This document shows, piece after piece, positions 61,870 to 64,000 of a DNA stretch of 64,000 nt (its first letter is position 1; the number at the start of each line of letters is the position of its first letter). The position numbers and the translations under genes were made by a program. This stretch comes from Paraspadella gotoi (Eukaryota; Animalia; Chaetognatha): contig CM119267.1 of NCBI GenBank assembly GCA_051294375.1, positions 177,409-241,408 of the forward strand. The letters run 5' to 3'. The notes below the pieces were generated by a model, which saw only the letters and a program-made list of their open reading frames with translations, made no database searches and was not told the DNA's origin.

Positions 61870-62560
61870 CCCGCGTTTAGGGTTTAGGCTTAGGGAAGGG
61901 TACTGGCAGAGGGACAATTAGGGTTGAAGCACGGAGATGTACGCGGAGGCCTGGGCCGGTTTAGGGTTAGGGTTGGGAGAGAGGCCCGTGGGTTATATAC
62001 GAAGGCGATTAGGGTTAGGGTTGAGGTAACGCGGAGATGTACGGGAGGCCGGGCCTGGGTTAGGGTTAGGGGAGAGGCATAGGAGTTGAACAGGAAGGCT
62101 TGTTTAGGGTTTAGGGTTGGGGAGGGACCCATGGTTTGATGCATCGAAGGCGGTTAGGGTTAGGGTTGAGGTACCGGAGAATGTACGGGAGGCCGGGCCT
62201 GGGTTAGGGTTAGGGGAGAGGCAAGGAGTTGAACGGGAGGCTTGGTTTGGGTTAGGGTTGGGGAGGGACCCATGGTTGATGCATCGAAGGCGTTAGTTAG
62301 GGTTGAAGGCAGGGAGATGTACGGGGAGGCCGGGCCTCGGTTAGGGTTAGGGGGAGAGGGCAATGGAGTTGAAACGGAAGGCTTGGTTTAGGTTAGGGTT
62401 GGGGGAAGGGGCCCGTGGTTTGATCATCGAAGGGCGGTTTAGGTTTAGGGTTGAAGGCATGGAGACATTGTCGGGGAGGGCGCCAGGCCCGGGTTAGGGT
62501 TAGGGGAGAGGCAAGGAGTTGAACGGGAGGCTTGGTTTAGGGTTAGGGTTTGGGAGAGAG
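61870..62560 (+). repeat. ~135-150-bp higher-order repeat of three TTAGGG doublets with three distinct GC-rich spacers
   Basis: Cycle: doublet-GCACGGAGATGTACGGGAGGCCGGGCCTGG, doublet-GAGAGGCAAGGAGTTGAACGGGAGGCTTGG, doublet-GGGAGGGACCCATGGTTTGATGCATCGAAGGCG; about 4.5 cycles. Confidence 0.85.
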
Positions 62561-62892
62561 CCTGTAAGGTGATGTTCACCCCGTGTTAGCTGCGCTTTTC
62601 ATTATATCGCGTACTTTTATCCCTGCGAGGTCGCCAGTGGGGGGACTGGCGGACATCCGCCAAATGCCCTGGCGATATCGGCCATGGGCGAAGTCGCCAA
62701 CCAACTAGAACCACACCTGCAACTCGTGCGTGAATCGCCGGCGACATCCGCTATTTGAAATGAACTACAACTTAGGATCGAAAAGGGCAATTTGGGGATC
62801 GAAAAGGCCGAAATGCGCGGATAGAAACTTTCGTCATTTGGGAACGAAAATTGTGAAGAATGATGGGAGGAAGTTGAGTTTCATTTTGAAGA

Positions 62893-64000
62893 AATTTTCG
62901 TAGTGACGATCATTATGATGTCGGAGGTTGTGAAAAGAAAAGAAAAGAAAAGAAAAGAAAAAAAAGAAAAGAAAAAGAAAAGAAAAGAATGGAAGATAAG
63001 AGAAGAAAGAAAAGAAAATAGAAAGGAAAGAAAAAGGAAAGGAAAGGAAAGGAAAAGAAAAGAAGAAAAGAAAGAGAAAGGAAATGAAAGGAAGGAAAGG
63101 AAAGGAAAGGAAGGAAAGAAAGGAAAGGAAAGGAAAGAAAAGGAACGGAACGGAGAACGGAACGGACGGAACTGAAAAAAGAAAAATGGAAATATAAGAG
63201 AAGAAAAGAAAAGAAAAGACAAAGAAAAAGAAAAGAAAAGAAAAGAAAGAAGAAAAAATGGAAAATAAAGAATATAAGAAAGAAAGAAAGAAGAAGAAAG
63301 AAAGGAAGAGAGAAAGAAAAGAAAAGAAAAGGAGAAGAAGAACAAAGAAAAAGAAAAGAGAAAGAAGAGAAAATGGAAATAAAAGAAAGAAAGTAACGAA
63401 AAAAAGATGAACGAGAACCACAAATCTTTTGTTTCTTGTTCTTATTTCTCGTTTTTAATATCACAATTTGTGTCGTAAAGATAAAGGAAAAACATCATAA
63501 GGAGAGACAAAAAAAGTCGTAAAAAGAAATTGTGAACGCTAGAACTTGTAGACGAAAACATTGGCGTCAAAACATCGTTTCCGAGAAAAGCTGAATATAA
63601 AACAGTAAATTAATTCGCGGAATATGTTTACTGTTCTGCAATGTGTCGCTGAAGATACAGAGTTAAATAACTGCTCTATTTTTCCAAAAAGCGCCACATT
63701 TCTGTTCGCCATAGTTTTGTCTTTATTATTTTATTCCTAATACTATTATCGAATTGGAAAGATGAAATAATAGTAATAGTAGATAAAGTAATAATTAATA
63801 GTAATAGTAATAGGTAAAAAAAATAATTAAAAAAAAATGAATATGCCCCCTTTGGCAAAAAGAAATTCAAATGTTGCTAAAAAAAAGAGATTGCTCCAAA
63901 CTTCGGTCGTAAAAAGCTCGCAACTTATTGTGAAATCCTGTTTAATGTAATTTAATGTAATGTTTTCTTAACAAACACTATTACAAGTTTTTATAAAATT
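62893..64000 (-). repeat. inverted duplicate of ~52630-53489, including an A/G-rich low-complexity tract
   Basis: ATTTTCGTAGTGACGATCATTATG at ~62894 is the reverse complement of 53466-53489; 63420-64000 mirrors 52630-53195. Confidence 0.85.

Noticed and set aside
60690-62560. CRISPR-like repeat-spacer array
   Set aside because: The repeat is the telomeric hexamer, spacers recur cyclically, the context is eukaryotic and there are no cas genes.

Overview
AT-rich animal (probably invertebrate) genomic DNA with spliceosomal introns and TTAGGG-type repeats. The assembly is locally poor: six exact 25-N gaps, direct and inverted duplications, and about 13 kb (21.5-34.6 kb) that looks like one noisy fold-back long read. 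Biological content: (1) a large + strand gene. Its Pro/Ser-rich exons (2.1-12 kb) appear to splice in frame onto a ~4.9-kb exon encoding SAM-like domain, 10 titin-type FN3 domains, an AIG1/septin-like P-loop GTPase and a Cys-rich coiled coil; the probable true C-terminus is displaced to 34.6-34.8 kb. (2) An intronic cluster of Penelope-like inverted repeats with four minimal type I hammerhead ribozyme motifs showing stem II covariation (13.4-15.1 kb). (3) An 8-exon UNC93A-like MFS gene on the - strand, followed closely by N-terminal exons of a Cys-loop ligand-gated ion channel on the same strand. (4) A subtelomere-like block (54.7-62.6 kb): ~260-bp satellite with A/B alternation, a possible degenerate L1/Tx1 RT and TTAGGG-doublet arrays. 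All assignments come from manual reading and motif recognition; no searches were run.
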